Of a stretch of DNA of 64,000 nt, positions 47,027-56,156 are shown piece after piece. The notes under the pieces are model-generated. The model made no database searches, was not told the origin of the DNA, and saw only the letters and a program-made list of their open reading frames with translations. The DNA lies in assembly GCA_958295715.1 (NCBI GenBank), contig OY282371.1, forward strand, positions 1,471,697 through 1,535,696, given 5' to 3'. A program made the position numbers and the translations under genes. Position 1 is the first letter of the stretch. Every line of letters begins with the position of its first letter. Source of the DNA: an uncultured Dehalococcoidia bacterium. Its GTDB lineage: Bacteria; Chloroflexota; Dehalococcoidia; Lucifugimonadales; GCA-2712585.

Positions 47027-49909
47027 ATGAAAAAGACCACCAAAGAGACCAGGGAACTAGAGGCGGAACTCCGCAAGCTGGTGTCCGGCGAGGTGCGGTT
47101 CGACGCCTTCTCCAAGGTCATCTACAGCACAGACGCCAGCATCTACCAGATGGAGCCGGTGGGCGTGGTCATCCCCCGTGACGCAGAGGACGTTTTGGCC
47201 GTGGTGGACGCGGCCCACCGGTGGGGCGTCCCGGTCCTGCCCCGGGGCGGCGGCACCAGCCTCGCGGGGCAGACGGTGAACCACGCCATAGTCATCGACT
47301 TCTCTAAGTACATGAACGGCGTCTTGGAGGTGAACCCGGAGGAGAGGTGGGCCTGGACCCAGCCCGGCGTGACGCTGGACCAACTCAACCGGCGGGTCGT
47401 GTCCCACGGACTCCGGTACGCCCCCGACCCCTCCACGGCCAACCGCGCCACCGTGGGCGGCGGCATCGGCAACAACTCCTGCGGCTCCCACTCCGTCCTC
47501 TACGGCAAGACGGGAGACCACGTTATCGAGCTCAACGTCGCCCTCTCCGACGGCAGCCAGGCCCACTTCCGAACCCTAGACGACGCCGAGTTGGAGGCCA
47601 AGCTGCGCGGCCAGGGGCTGGAGTCCGGCATCTACAAAGGCGTCCTCCGGATAGCCGAGGAGAACCGGGAGGAAACCCATGCCCGCTACCCGTCGATAAT
47701 GCGGCGGGTCAGCGGCTACAACCTGGACCAGTTCCCCAAGGGCGAGCCGGTGAACCTCAGCCGGATGGTGGTGGGGTCCGAGGGGACCCTTAGCGTGATC
47801 ACCAAGGCCAAGGTTAACCTGGTCACGCGGCCCAAGACCACCGCCCTGGCCATCGCCCACTTCCGCCGGCTGGACGAGGCCTGCGAGGCGACCACGGCCG
47901 TTCTGGAGCACGGCCCCGCCGCGGTGGAGTTGGTGGGCGAAATGCTGCTGGACCGCACCCGCCAATCCCTGGGCTTCGCGCGCAACATGACCTTCATCAA
48001 CGGCAACCCCGGGGCCGTTCTGGTGGTGGAGTTCGACGGCGAGTCCGAGCTTGAGGTCTCCTCCAAGGCGGCCCGGCTGAAGGACGACCTGGCGAGGCGG
48101 GGCCTAGGCTACGACACAATCATCCTGTTAGACAGGGCCGCCCAGGCCAACGTGTGGGCCGTCCGCAAGGCGGGCGTGGGCCTGCTGATGGGCGTGCGGG
48201 GCGACGCCAAACCCATTCCCTTCGTGGAGGACACGGCGGTGGACCCGGAGCGGCTGGGGGAGTTCGTGCGCCGCTTCGACAGCATCGTCAAGGGCCACGG
48301 GACCGAGGCCGGATACTACGGCCACGCCAGCGTCGGATGCCTACACATCCGTCCTCTAGTGAACCTCAAGACCCAGGAGGGCCTGGACGCCATGGTGTCC
48401 ATCGCCGACGAGATAGGCGACCTGGTGAAGGAGTTCGGCGGTTCTCTGAGCGGCGAGCACGGCGACGGCATCGTGCGGGGCGTATGGACTGAGAAGATGT
48501 TCGGCCCCGCCATCTACCGCGCCTTCCAACAGGTCAAGGAGACCTTCGACCCCCGGGGCATTATGAACCCCGGCAAGATTATCGACTGCCCGCCCATGAC
48601 CGAGAACCTGCGATACGGCCCCGGCTACAAGGCCCTTGCCCTTGACACCCGCTTGGACTTTTCGGCGGAGGATGGGTTTGGCGGCGCGGTGGACCTGTGC
48701 AACGGGATGGGGGCCTGCCGCAAGGACGACGGCGTTATGTGCCCCTCATACATGGTCACCCGCGAGGAGGAGCACTCCACCCGAGGCCGCGCCAACCTGC
48801 TGCGCTCCGTCCTGGCAGGCGCCCTGCCGCCGGACACCCTCCGGAGCCGACGCCTTCACGACGCCCTTGACCTGTGCCTTGAGTGCAAGGGTTGCAAGGG
48901 GGAGTGCCCCTCCACGGTGGACATGGCCAAGCTCAAGTACGAGTTCCTTCACCAGTACAACAGGGCCAACGGAACGCCCCTAAGAAGCCGGCTCTTCGCC
49001 AACATCGCCCGGCTCAACCGCCTGGGCTGCCGGCTGGCCCCCCTGTCCAACCTGGCCGCCGGTCTGCCCGGCCTAAGGCCGCTCCTGCACAAGTTCCTGG
49101 GCATTCACCGCAAGCGCCCCCTCCCCGCCTTCGCCCGGCCCACCCTCCCGGCCTGGTTTAGGGGCAGGAAACCCCTGGGCGGCGGCGCGCGGGGGCCGGT
49201 GGTCCTCTTCAACGACACCTTTATGAACTACAACGCGCCGGGCGTCGGCGTCGCGGCGGTGGAGGTCCTGGAAAAGGCGGGATTCCAGGTCATCCTGGCC
49301 GGCGGACGCTGCTGCGGCAGACCCATGATTTCCAAGGGGCTGTTGGACGAGGCCGCGGCCAACGCCCGGTTCAACGTCGACCTCCTAGCCCCCCACGTCC
49401 GGCGGGGAACGCCCGTGGTGGGATGCGAACCCAGCTGCCTCCTCACCCTCCGCGACGAGTACCCGGACCTGCTCCAAGACGACGCCTCCAAGGAGGTGGC
49501 CGGCGGCAGCTTCCTCATCGACGAGTTCCTGGACAACCTCCGGCGGGAAGGGCGGCTTGACCTGGAGTTCTCCGACCTGTCCAAAAAGGTCCTGTTCCAC
49601 GGCCACTGCCACCAGAAGGCCCTGGTGGGAACGGCGGCGTCAATGCGCGTCCTGGGCCTTCCGCCCAACTACGAGGTGGAGGAGACGGGGGCCGGCTGCT
49701 GCGGCATGGCCGGGGCCTTCGGCTTCGAGCGGGAGCACTACGACGTGTCCATGGCCATAGGGCGGGAGCGGCTCTTCCCCCTGGTGGAAGCCAAAGGCCC
49801 CGGCTGGGAGATAGCCGTCACGGGGATATCCTGCCGCCAGCAGGTGGAGCACGGGGCCGGCCGCCGGCCGCGCCACCTCATCGAAACCCTCCGAGACGCG
49901 CTGGCGTAA
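47027..49909 (+). CDS. FAD-binding oxidase fused to Fe-S/CCG domains (YdiJ-like 2-hydroxyacid dehydrogenase)
   Basis: 960 aa. N-terminal PCMH-type FAD domain (PRGGGTSLAGQ), a central CLECKGCKGECP ferredoxin-like motif, and C-terminal CCG repeats (CCGRP.., GCCGMAGAFG). Confidence 0.85.
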   Translation: MKKTTKETRELEAELRKLVSGEVRFDAFSKVIYSTDASIYQMEPVGVVIPRDAEDVLAVVDAAHRWGVPVLPRGGGTSLAGQTVNHAIVIDFSKYMNGVLEVNPEERWAWTQPGVTLDQLNRRVVSHGLRYAPDPSTANRATVGGGIGNNSCGSHSVLYGKTGDHVIELNVALSDGSQAHFRTLDDAELEAKLRGQGLESGIYKGVLRIAEENREETHARYPSIMRRVSGYNLDQFPKGEPVNLSRMVVGSEGTLSVITKAKVNLVTRPKTTALAIAHFRRLDEACEATTAVLEHGPAAVELVGEMLLDRTRQSLGFARNMTFINGNPGAVLVVEFDGESELEVSSKAARLKDDLARRGLGYDTIILLDRAAQANVWAVRKAGVGLLMGVRGDAKPIPFVEDTAVDPERLGEFVRRFDSIVKGHGTEAGYYGHASVGCLHIRPLVNLKTQEGLDAMVSIADEIGDLVKEFGGSLSGEHGDGIVRGVWTEKMFGPAIYRAFQQVKETFDPRGIMNPGKIIDCPPMTENLRYGPGYKALALDTRLDFSAEDGFGGAVDLCNGMGACRKDDGVMCPSYMVTREEEHSTRGRANLLRSVLAGALPPDTLRSRRLHDALDLCLECKGCKGECPSTVDMAKLKYEFLHQYNRANGTPLRSRLFANIARLNRLGCRLAPLSNLAAGLPGLRPLLHKFLGIHRKRPLPAFARPTLPAWFRGRKPLGGGARGPVVLFNDTFMNYNAPGVGVAAVEVLEKAGFQVILAGGRCCGRPMISKGLLDEAAANARFNVDLLAPHVRRGTPVVGCEPSCLLTLRDEYPDLLQDDASKEVAGGSFLIDEFLDNLRREGRLDLEFSDLSKKVLFHGHCHQKALVGTAASMRVLGLPPNYEVEETGAGCCGMAGAFGFEREHYDVSMAIGRERLFPLVEAKGPGWEIAVTGISCRQQVEHGAGRRPRHLIETLRDALA

Positions 49910-50029
49910 CGCTGTGAGCGCGACCCTAGCCTTGGTGAGCCGTTATGTAAAGCGAACGCCACGGCCCCCCTCCCTGCCGGTGGACCCTTGCAAAATTCGC
50001 TATCCCGCGCCGCAAACCCTCTCCCCCAT

Positions 50030-50108
50030 CCCACTCATCATTCCCGCCCTCTCTCGTCATTCCCGCCCTCTTATCCGTCATTCCCGCGCAGGCGGGAATC
50101 CAGGAACC
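50030..50108. repeat. REP-like hairpin copy (forward) with two upstream half copies
   Basis: GTCATTCCCGCGCAGGCGGGAATCCAGGAACC at 50077-50108, preceded by CATCATTCCCGCC and GTCATTCCCGCC half sites. Confidence 0.85.
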
Positions 50109-50234
50109 CTTCACCCCAAAACCAACACCCCAAATCCCAGCGTCACCCATGGGGGCGCTCCTGTCCCTCCCTGCGCGAGCGCACCCCGCATCTCCCCCTT
50201 GTCAAAACCATGATTTTCGTGTAATACATCATCC

Positions 50235-50543
50235 ATGCGCACATTTACATTAAGAGTAGTTCATCCAGACATCGGCGTATATGTGGCTAGGGTTGACGTG
50301 AATAATCACTGGTCAATTGACCCCGACACCTTCCCAGAGTTAAAAGAGTTTCCTGAGTTACAACTCAAGGCAATTCGAAATGAGGTAATGCGACTTCACA
50401 TGCTTGCCGAATTTGCAAAACCTCTTGGCGGACTACCCGACTACGCCAAATACCCTCAAGCTGTTATTGATGAATATCCCGGAACAAAAGTTATCTCAGT
50501 GGATCCACCGTGGCCCCCCATCGACCCCAACGTCGTATATTAG
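50235..50543 (+). CDS. Hypothetical protein (AT-rich orphan)
   Basis: 102-aa ORF in the most AT-rich stretch of this part of the window. I recognise no motif. Confidence 0.4.
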   Translation: MRTFTLRVVHPDIGVYVARVDVNNHWSIDPDTFPELKEFPELQLKAIRNEVMRLHMLAEFAKPLGGLPDYAKYPQAVIDEYPGTKVISVDPPWPPIDPNVVY

Positions 50544-50561
50544 CCTCCCTTTGGGATGGAT

Positions 50562-50593
50562 GGTTTTCTGGATTCCCGCCTTCGCGGGAATGA
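50562..50593. repeat. REP-like hairpin copy (reverse orientation)
   Basis: GGTTTTCTGGATTCCCGCCTTCGCGGGAATGAC, inverted relative to the copy at 50077-50108. Confidence 0.85.
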
Positions 50594-50687
50594 CGGATGG
50601 GCGTCAGGAATGCCGATTAGTCAAAGGTCTCTTGACGGGAGAGGGTTGGCGCACGGGCGGGTACCCCTCAACTACATGTAGCCCCGG

Positions 50688-51140
50688 TTAAAGGGCCCTT
50701 CCGCGCTCTACCCCCCGGCCTGTGTCGAAAACCAGCCTGCGGACCGCCAGCGCAGCGGCCACGCCAAGGGCCGCGCCCAGCGCGTCAAGCCCAATGTCCG
50801 CCAAGTCGAACCTGCGGCCCAGCACGAAGGCCTGCCGGGACTCGTCCAAGAACCCGAAGCCCACGGCAATCAGCAGGCTGAAGGCCGCCACGTATCGCGG
50901 CGCCAGAAGAGTATAGGCGTCTAAAAGCCTGTACAGAAGGACGGCAAGGACTCCAAACTCCACCGGGTGAACGAACAAGGAAGATGTCGCAAAGGACGGG
51001 ACCGGCGGCGACAAGCTCTCCCTAACTTCCCCCACCCTCGCGGCCGTGAAGCCGGAAAGCAGCAAGATGACGCCCATCCAGGCAATAACCGGCATCCAAT
51101 AATATATGAACCTATTCGCGCTCATAAGACTCATTGACAT
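50688..51140 (-). CDS. VanZ-like family membrane protein
   Basis: Four hydrophobic helices plus the FLDESRQAFVLGRRFDLADIGLDALG motif typical of VanZ-like proteins. Confidence 0.65.
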   Translation of the reverse strand: MSMSLMSANRFIYYWMPVIAWMGVILLLSGFTAARVGEVRESLSPPVPSFATSSLFVHPVEFGVLAVLLYRLLDAYTLLAPRYVAAFSLLIAVGFGFLDESRQAFVLGRRFDLADIGLDALGAALGVAAALAVRRLVFDTGRGVERGRAL

Positions 51141-51169
51141 GATTCAACCCGACCGGTGGCCGGAAGAGG

Positions 51170-51550
51170 TTACTCCTTAAAGCGGTGGATCTCCACCGCC
51201 ACCCCGGAGAGAATGGCGCCTTTGATGGGCGGCCTCGGCTTCTTTACCCTAACCCTAACGCCCAAGACCGGGTGGGAGTCCAAGACGTCCTGGGCGATGG
51301 CCTGAGCCAAGCTTTCAAGCAGCTCCCTGCCCGGCCCCTCCATCACCCCCTTGACGGAGCGATACAGGTCGGCGTAGTTCACCGTGTCGGCGATATCGTC
51401 CGACAGGCCGGCGGGCTTCAGGTCAACCTCCGCCTCCAGGTCCACCACAAAGGGCTGGCCCAAGGCACGCTCCTCGGCATTGTGGCCGTGATACCCGTAG
51501 AACTCCATGCCCTCCAAGATTATGCGGTCGGCGGTCGCAACGGCAATCAT
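51170..51550 (-). CDS. folB: Dihydroneopterin aldolase
   Basis: DRIILEGMEFYGYHGHNAEERALGQPFVVDL...TVNYADL: the FolB signature. The ATG at 51550 overlaps the upstream stop (ATGA). Confidence 0.85.
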   Translation of the reverse strand: MIAVATADRIILEGMEFYGYHGHNAEERALGQPFVVDLEAEVDLKPAGLSDDIADTVNYADLYRSVKGVMEGPGRELLESLAQAIAQDVLDSHPVLGVRVRVKKPRPPIKGAILSGVAVEIHRFKE

Positions 51551-52431
51551 CCTTCGTCCCCTTTTGCTCCTATCTCCTGGGCCAGCCTTAGCAGATTGTA
51601 GGCCCGCTTCACCACCGGAACATCCACCATGGCGCCGTCTAGGGCCAGGGAGCCGCGACCCTGGGCCTCCGCCCGCTCCCACGCCTCCACCACACGGCGG
51701 GCCTGCGCCACATCCTCCTCCCTGGGGCTGAAGACGGCGTTCACCGTGTCGAGTTGGCCCGGGTGAATGGTGAACTTGCCCTTGTAACCCAGGCTCAGGG
51801 CCTCCTCCGACTCCCGCCGCAGCCCCTCCGGGTCGCGAAACCTCACGTAGGGAGTGTCCAGGGCCACAATTCCCGCCACCCTGGCGACTATGGGCGTCAT
51901 TGCCCTGGGAAGACTCACCTCCCGCCCTTCCTCCGTGCGCCGCAGTCCCATGTCGTTGGTGTAGTCTTCAGCGCCAAAGGCCAGGGCGACCACCCGCGGC
52001 GACGCGGCGGCGATGTCCGGCATCCTCAGGACCGCGGCCGCACTCTCTATCCACGGTATTATCTTCACGACGCCGGCGGGCATCCCCAAACGCTCCTCCT
52101 CAACGCTCAACAACCGGTGGCACTCCTCCACGTGCCAGGGAGAGTCCACCTTGCCGAGGCTGACCCCGTACAACCCGGGGCTGACGACGGCGCGAATCTC
52201 GGCGGCGGTAAGACCCGTTTCGAGGGAGTTCACCCGCGCCAGCGTCTTCCGGCCCGGGGCCGCCAGGGTGGGAACCAACTCCCGCGCCAGTTCGCGGGCC
52301 GCCGCCTTCTCCGAGTCCGGCACCGAGTCCTCCAGGTCGACGACCAATGCGTCGGCCCTGAAGCCGCGGGACTTCTCAAGCATGTCGCGGCGGTTGCCCG
52401 GCACGAACTGTAGGCTTCTCAGCAGTTCCAA
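51547..52431 (-). CDS. HpcH/HpaI aldolase / citrate lyase beta subunit-like (CitE-like acyl-CoA lyase)
   Basis: LRSLQFVPGN...ADALVVDLEDSV...FGAEDY motifs. The TTG at 52431 has GGAGGA 5 nt upstream. Confidence 0.8.
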   Translation of the reverse strand: MELLRSLQFVPGNRRDMLEKSRGFRADALVVDLEDSVPDSEKAAARELARELVPTLAAPGRKTLARVNSLETGLTAAEIRAVVSPGLYGVSLGKVDSPWHVEECHRLLSVEEERLGMPAGVVKIIPWIESAAAVLRMPDIAAASPRVVALAFGAEDYTNDMGLRRTEEGREVSLPRAMTPIVARVAGIVALDTPYVRFRDPEGLRRESEEALSLGYKGKFTIHPGQLDTVNAVFSPREEDVAQARRVVEAWERAEAQGRGSLALDGAMVDVPVVKRAYNLLRLAQEIGAKGDEG

Positions 52432-52620
52432 GGGCTTCCTCCATTGAAGCGGTGGGCTAGAGTACAGTATAGCGCCACGGCGCCACGGCACAAAACGCCC
52501 TCTAGAATACGGCCGCGGACTCCTCAACGTCGTATACTATCAGGAGCGCCTGGAAACCACCCCGCCGGGCTTCGAGCGACCCGGCGCCCACAGCCCACGA
52601 CAGCCATAGGGAGGAAGGCC

Positions 52621-52803
52621 ATGCCAAAGAATGTGCGGATGGCAGTTCACATTTTCCTGTTCGTGGTGGCCGGGCTGTTGCTATGGGCCGGACTAGGCGC
52701 GGGCCTAACCTTGAGCCCCCTCCTGGGATCCGCCCTATGGACAGCCGCCGGCATAGTGGCCGCCCTCAACTTCATCTGGATGTCGCGCAGCAAAAACACC
52801 TGA
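52621..52803 (+). CDS. Small (60 aa) two-helix membrane protein
   Basis: GGAGG lies 6 nt before the ATG. MPKNVRMAVHIFLFVVAGLLLWAGLGAGLTLSPLLGSALWTAAGIVAALNFIWMSRSKNT. Its 3' half is duplicated at 54995-55103, mostly with conservative or synonymous changes. Confidence 0.4.
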   Translation: MPKNVRMAVHIFLFVVAGLLLWAGLGAGLTLSPLLGSALWTAAGIVAALNFIWMSRSKNT

Positions 52804-52804
52804 G
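52696..52804 (+). repeat. 109-bp direct repeat, copy 1 (3' half of the small membrane ORF)
   Basis: Aligns without gaps to 54995-55103 with about 9 mismatches by my count. Confidence 0.9.
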
Positions 52805-52855
52805 TCAGACTGGCGGCCGCAGGAATACCGATTCGCGGCCAGCCGCCGGCCCTGG

Positions 52856-54805
52856 CTACTCCGTGTAGGGGAATTCGACCTCCCAGAGCCGGTCCTCCCC
52901 AGGAACGTACTGGCCGGTCCTGACGCGGATGACGTCGTACTCCGGGAGGGCCATCGTTATCATGCACCTCCCGTCGAACATCACGCTGCGCCGGTCGTCA
53001 TAATCGAAATCCAGATTGTCATAGCCGTACTGCCGGCGATGGTCGGCGAGGTCATTCACGTCGGCGGGTATCAGATGCAGAAAGAACAGCGCCTCCGTGT
53101 CGGCGGGGCTGCACGGCTGCTTCACGTAGCTCAGCGTGTTTTCCCTGAGATATAGGTCAAAGACAGAGCGGGCCGCCGGTTGTCCGGATACCAGGGCCTC
53201 ATATGCGGCCTCCCACGACGCGTCCCTGTCAAAGGCCCTGTTGACTTTGAATATGACGCCGTCGGACAGCTCCGCCACCGGCTCCAGGCCCGGCAGGTCC
53301 CATATGCTGTAATCGAACTTCCACCTAAAGGAATAGAGCCAGACCACAAGCGCGCCCTCCGCCGCCTCTTCTAGCTTCCGTTTCGCTCCGGTCACGTGGG
53401 TGGACAGATAATCGTCGTCACGGCCGGCGAAGATGTATACGACGGATGAGCCGCTCAGCACGGGAACGTCAACCGGCGTTTCCCGGACGTACTGCAAGAC
53501 TTCCGAGCCGGCCCAGACGGGACCCTCAATTCCTATGCCCTGTTCATTTGCCCGGACGATTTCACGCGCGTTGAGGGCCGCGCCGTTAGCCAGCCAGAGA
53601 GAGGAGGCCAGGACGATGACCAGGACCAGCAAGTTATACGGCTCTATCCCTTCCCGTGCTACAGTTCTAATGATTGGCAGTTCGACAACGGATGCCGGCC
53701 ATGGGCGTCCTCGCGCGTAGCTCAGGAACCTGTCCAGGGCAAGGACCGCCGCGAACAGCAACGGGATGTACATGGGGGACAGATACCTGCCGCCCAGGGG
53801 CATGATTTCGGTGCGCCACTGGGCCGCCGTGAGGAAAATGAGGTAGGCCAGGGCAAAGCCGCCGAACAGGTAAAAGGGACTCCACCCATCCGCGCCCTCC
53901 CCCTTCCGACGCGCGCGAAGGAACGAGAACCCGACGGCCGCCGCCAGCGTCAGCAGCGCCACGGCGGCGAATACCGCGCCGGCGGTCCAGGCGTCCTCCG
54001 ACGGCGGGTTCAAGAATACCCACCCGGCCAAGTGGCTGAAGTACTTGTCCAGAATTTCCAACAAGCCAAAGGGCGATGGAACTCTGTGACCGTGGATTAC
54101 GCCATGGACAAGGAACATCTGCGCAAGCCATAGTCCCACCGGCGCCGTGGCTATCAGCAGATACAGTCCAACGCGCCTCACCTTTTCCAACGGCGCGGGG
54201 CCGCGCTGCAAGAGCAGCAGGGGCGCGACGGCTATTAGCAAGGTTACCCCCATGTAGCGAGTAAGGATGGCCAGGGAAGCGAAGGCCGCCGCCCAAATCA
54301 GGTCCGAGCGCTTGGCGGTATTGAGGAACTTGGAGGTCTTGACCAGTGAAAGCGTTACGAACAGGATGAAGGGCGCCTCGGCTATGGCGATGGACGCGAC
54401 GCCGGTCAGGGGCAGGGCCAGCATGATGGCCAGGCAGGCCCCGACCACCAGCGGAGGGCGCTGAACGTGTCGCCGCAGCCCTTGGCCGGCAACGTATATG
54501 GTGAGCCCGAAGACGAGGGCGTTGAACGGGCCGGCGACGTGGTAAGGGTCGAGGAACCCAAGGCTGGCCGCGGCCAACAGCATGGGATAGAGAGGCGGCC
54601 AGTGGAGATAGGGCCATTGGTAAATCTGAACGAACCACTGGCCATCCAGCAGGTTCCGGGCCGTGGATACGTAGGTGGCCCAATCCCCGGTCAGCCCCAC
54701 GCCGTAGGCGGCCTCCCGCGCCAGGATGAGGGCCGCGCCCAGGATGGCGATGGCGGCCAGCAGCAGGTCGAACCGGCCTGGGCGAATTGCAGATGGCAGG
54801 TTTAT
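52856..54805 (-). CDS. GT-C-fold membrane glycosyltransferase (ArnT/PMT-like) with a C-terminal soluble domain; start uncertain
   Basis: A multi-TM N-terminal half, with an acidic first loop (GLTGDWATY...ARNLLDG) like the GT39/GT83 families. The track GTG start (54700) removes a plausible first TM helix (RPGRFDLLLAAIAILGAALILA). That frame is open back only to a TAG, and the only candidate starts are ATA 54805 (GGGGAG 8 nt upstream), CTG 54796 and ATT 54784. Confidence 0.6.
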   Translation of the reverse strand: MNLPSAIRPGRFDLLLAAIAILGAALILAREAAYGVGLTGDWATYVSTARNLLDGQWFVQIYQWPYLHWPPLYPMLLAAASLGFLDPYHVAGPFNALVFGLTIYVAGQGLRRHVQRPPLVVGACLAIMLALPLTGVASIAIAEAPFILFVTLSLVKTSKFLNTAKRSDLIWAAAFASLAILTRYMGVTLLIAVAPLLLLQRGPAPLEKVRRVGLYLLIATAPVGLWLAQMFLVHGVIHGHRVPSPFGLLEILDKYFSHLAGWVFLNPPSEDAWTAGAVFAAVALLTLAAAVGFSFLRARRKGEGADGWSPFYLFGGFALAYLIFLTAAQWRTEIMPLGGRYLSPMYIPLLFAAVLALDRFLSYARGRPWPASVVELPIIRTVAREGIEPYNLLVLVIVLASSLWLANGAALNAREIVRANEQGIGIEGPVWAGSEVLQYVRETPVDVPVLSGSSVVYIFAGRDDDYLSTHVTGAKRKLEEAAEGALVVWLYSFRWKFDYSIWDLPGLEPVAELSDGVIFKVNRAFDRDASWEAAYEALVSGQPAARSVFDLYLRENTLSYVKQPCSPADTEALFFLHLIPADVNDLADHRRQYGYDNLDFDYDDRRSVMFDGRCMITMALPEYDVIRVRTGQYVPGEDRLWEVEFPYTE

Positions 54806-54994
54806 GGGCTACGCTCCCCTGCTCAGGGCCGGGTTCGCGGCGGTGGGAGTGGGAGGAACCGTCTTGATAGCCATCCTCCGGTAATGATATAACATCGCCG
54901 GCTGTGTTACACTGCATTATCCGACGCGCGGCGCGAGTCAGGCGCTGAGGGCGTTGCGCGCGAGGCGGCCCGCGCTGTTGGGACGGGACGGCAA

Positions 54995-55103
54995 GGCGCG
55001 GGCCTAACCATGAGCCCCCTCCTGGGATCCGCCCTCTGGACAGCCGCCGACGTAGTGGCCGGGTTCAACTTCCTCTGGATGTCGCGCAGCAAAAACACCT
55101 GAG
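54995..55103 (+). repeat. 109-bp direct repeat, copy 2 (truncated paralogue of the small membrane ORF)
   Basis: See 52696-52804. It could encode a 30-aa remnant from the ATG at 55010 (MSPLLGSALWTAADVVAGFNFLWMSRSKNT). Confidence 0.9.
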
Positions 55104-55205
55104 CGCCGATGCGCGTTCAGACCGGCTCCCTTCCATGCGGATTTCCCGAATCTGTAGTAAGCTAAGCCGCGATTACAAATCCTATTTCGTTGAGAAGGGT
55201 GTCTG

Positions 55206-56117
55206 ATGGTTAGATATTGGGCGATAGCCCCCGCCGATTACGGCAATCGCGAGAGGTTTGAACAGTGCTGGCAGTATGACCGGGCCAACGGCATTATGGC
55301 CATCGGCTGGGACGTGGGAGCCCCCTCCTCCAGGGATGACCTGGAAGCCAAATACGCGGAGGTTGCTCATAACGCGAAGTATGCCCATAAAGAAAGTTGG
55401 ACGCGGCACGGGCTGAACATGCTAATGAAGTTCTGGTTTGACATCCAACCAGGAGACCGCATCATCGCGAGGGCCGGGACGAAGAGGCTGGTCGGAGTCG
55501 GCACGGTCCAGGGAGCCCCCTACTACGCCTCCAGTAAAGGGTCCACTTGGGGACGCAACTTCCTGCCGGTGTCGTGGGATGACATCAAGAAACGAGAGTT
55601 TCCCAACGTAGTCTTCGGGAGGCATACGGTCAGCGAGCTTCAGGAGGACAGGTTCTTGGCACTGACCGGCGAGACCGACGTGGTTCCCGCCGAGCCGGAC
55701 ATCCAACTCCAGACCGAGTTTGCGATGGAGAAGCCTTTAGAGGAGTTCATCGTATCCAACTTCAGCGCGGTGTTCGGGGCCGACTTCCAACTCTATAAGG
55801 ACGATGAGGGAAGCTACGGTCGACAGTATCGCACGGACGTCGGCATTATAGATATACTAGCTTGGGAGCCGGCGACAAGTTCCTACGTGGTGATGGAGCT
55901 AAAAAGGGGCAGGCTTGTCGATGAGGCGGTGGGGCAAGTCCTGCGCTACATGGGGTGGGTTAAGGAGCACCTGTGCCGGCAGGGGGAAGGTGTGCGGGGC
56001 ATTATTATCGGCCGCGACCGGGACGATAGGTTGGACTACGCCCTCAGCATGGTGGAAAATGTCGAAGCGCGGTTTTACCGCGTTGACTTTCAGCTAAGCC
56101 CCCGCCCCTGGGCCTGA
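55206..56117 (+). CDS. Two-domain nuclease: N-terminal PUA/EVE-like domain (tentative) plus C-terminal NucS/PD-(D/E)xK-like endonuclease domain
   Basis: C-terminus: GRQYRTDVGIIDILAWEP...YVVMELKRGRLVDEAVGQVLRYMGWV, which is the D...E-x-K...Q pattern of NucS-type PD-(D/E)xK nucleases. The N-terminus, YWAIAP...GIMAIGW...GDRIIARAG.KRLVGVGTV, resembles small beta-barrel reader domains. This is a by-eye call. Confidence 0.6.
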   Translation: MVRYWAIAPADYGNRERFEQCWQYDRANGIMAIGWDVGAPSSRDDLEAKYAEVAHNAKYAHKESWTRHGLNMLMKFWFDIQPGDRIIARAGTKRLVGVGTVQGAPYYASSKGSTWGRNFLPVSWDDIKKREFPNVVFGRHTVSELQEDRFLALTGETDVVPAEPDIQLQTEFAMEKPLEEFIVSNFSAVFGADFQLYKDDEGSYGRQYRTDVGIIDILAWEPATSSYVVMELKRGRLVDEAVGQVLRYMGWVKEHLCRQGEGVRGIIIGRDRDDRLDYALSMVENVEARFYRVDFQLSPRPWA

Positions 56118-56156
56118 CGGCGTGATGGACGGCTGGGCGGCGGGGCGGCGGGGCTG

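Noticed and set aside
53667-54917. 416-aa minus-strand ORF overlapping the GT-C gene in another frame
   Set aside because: The product is Arg/Pro/Gly-rich and low-complexity. The alternative frame (52856-54805) gives a coherent polytopic membrane protein.
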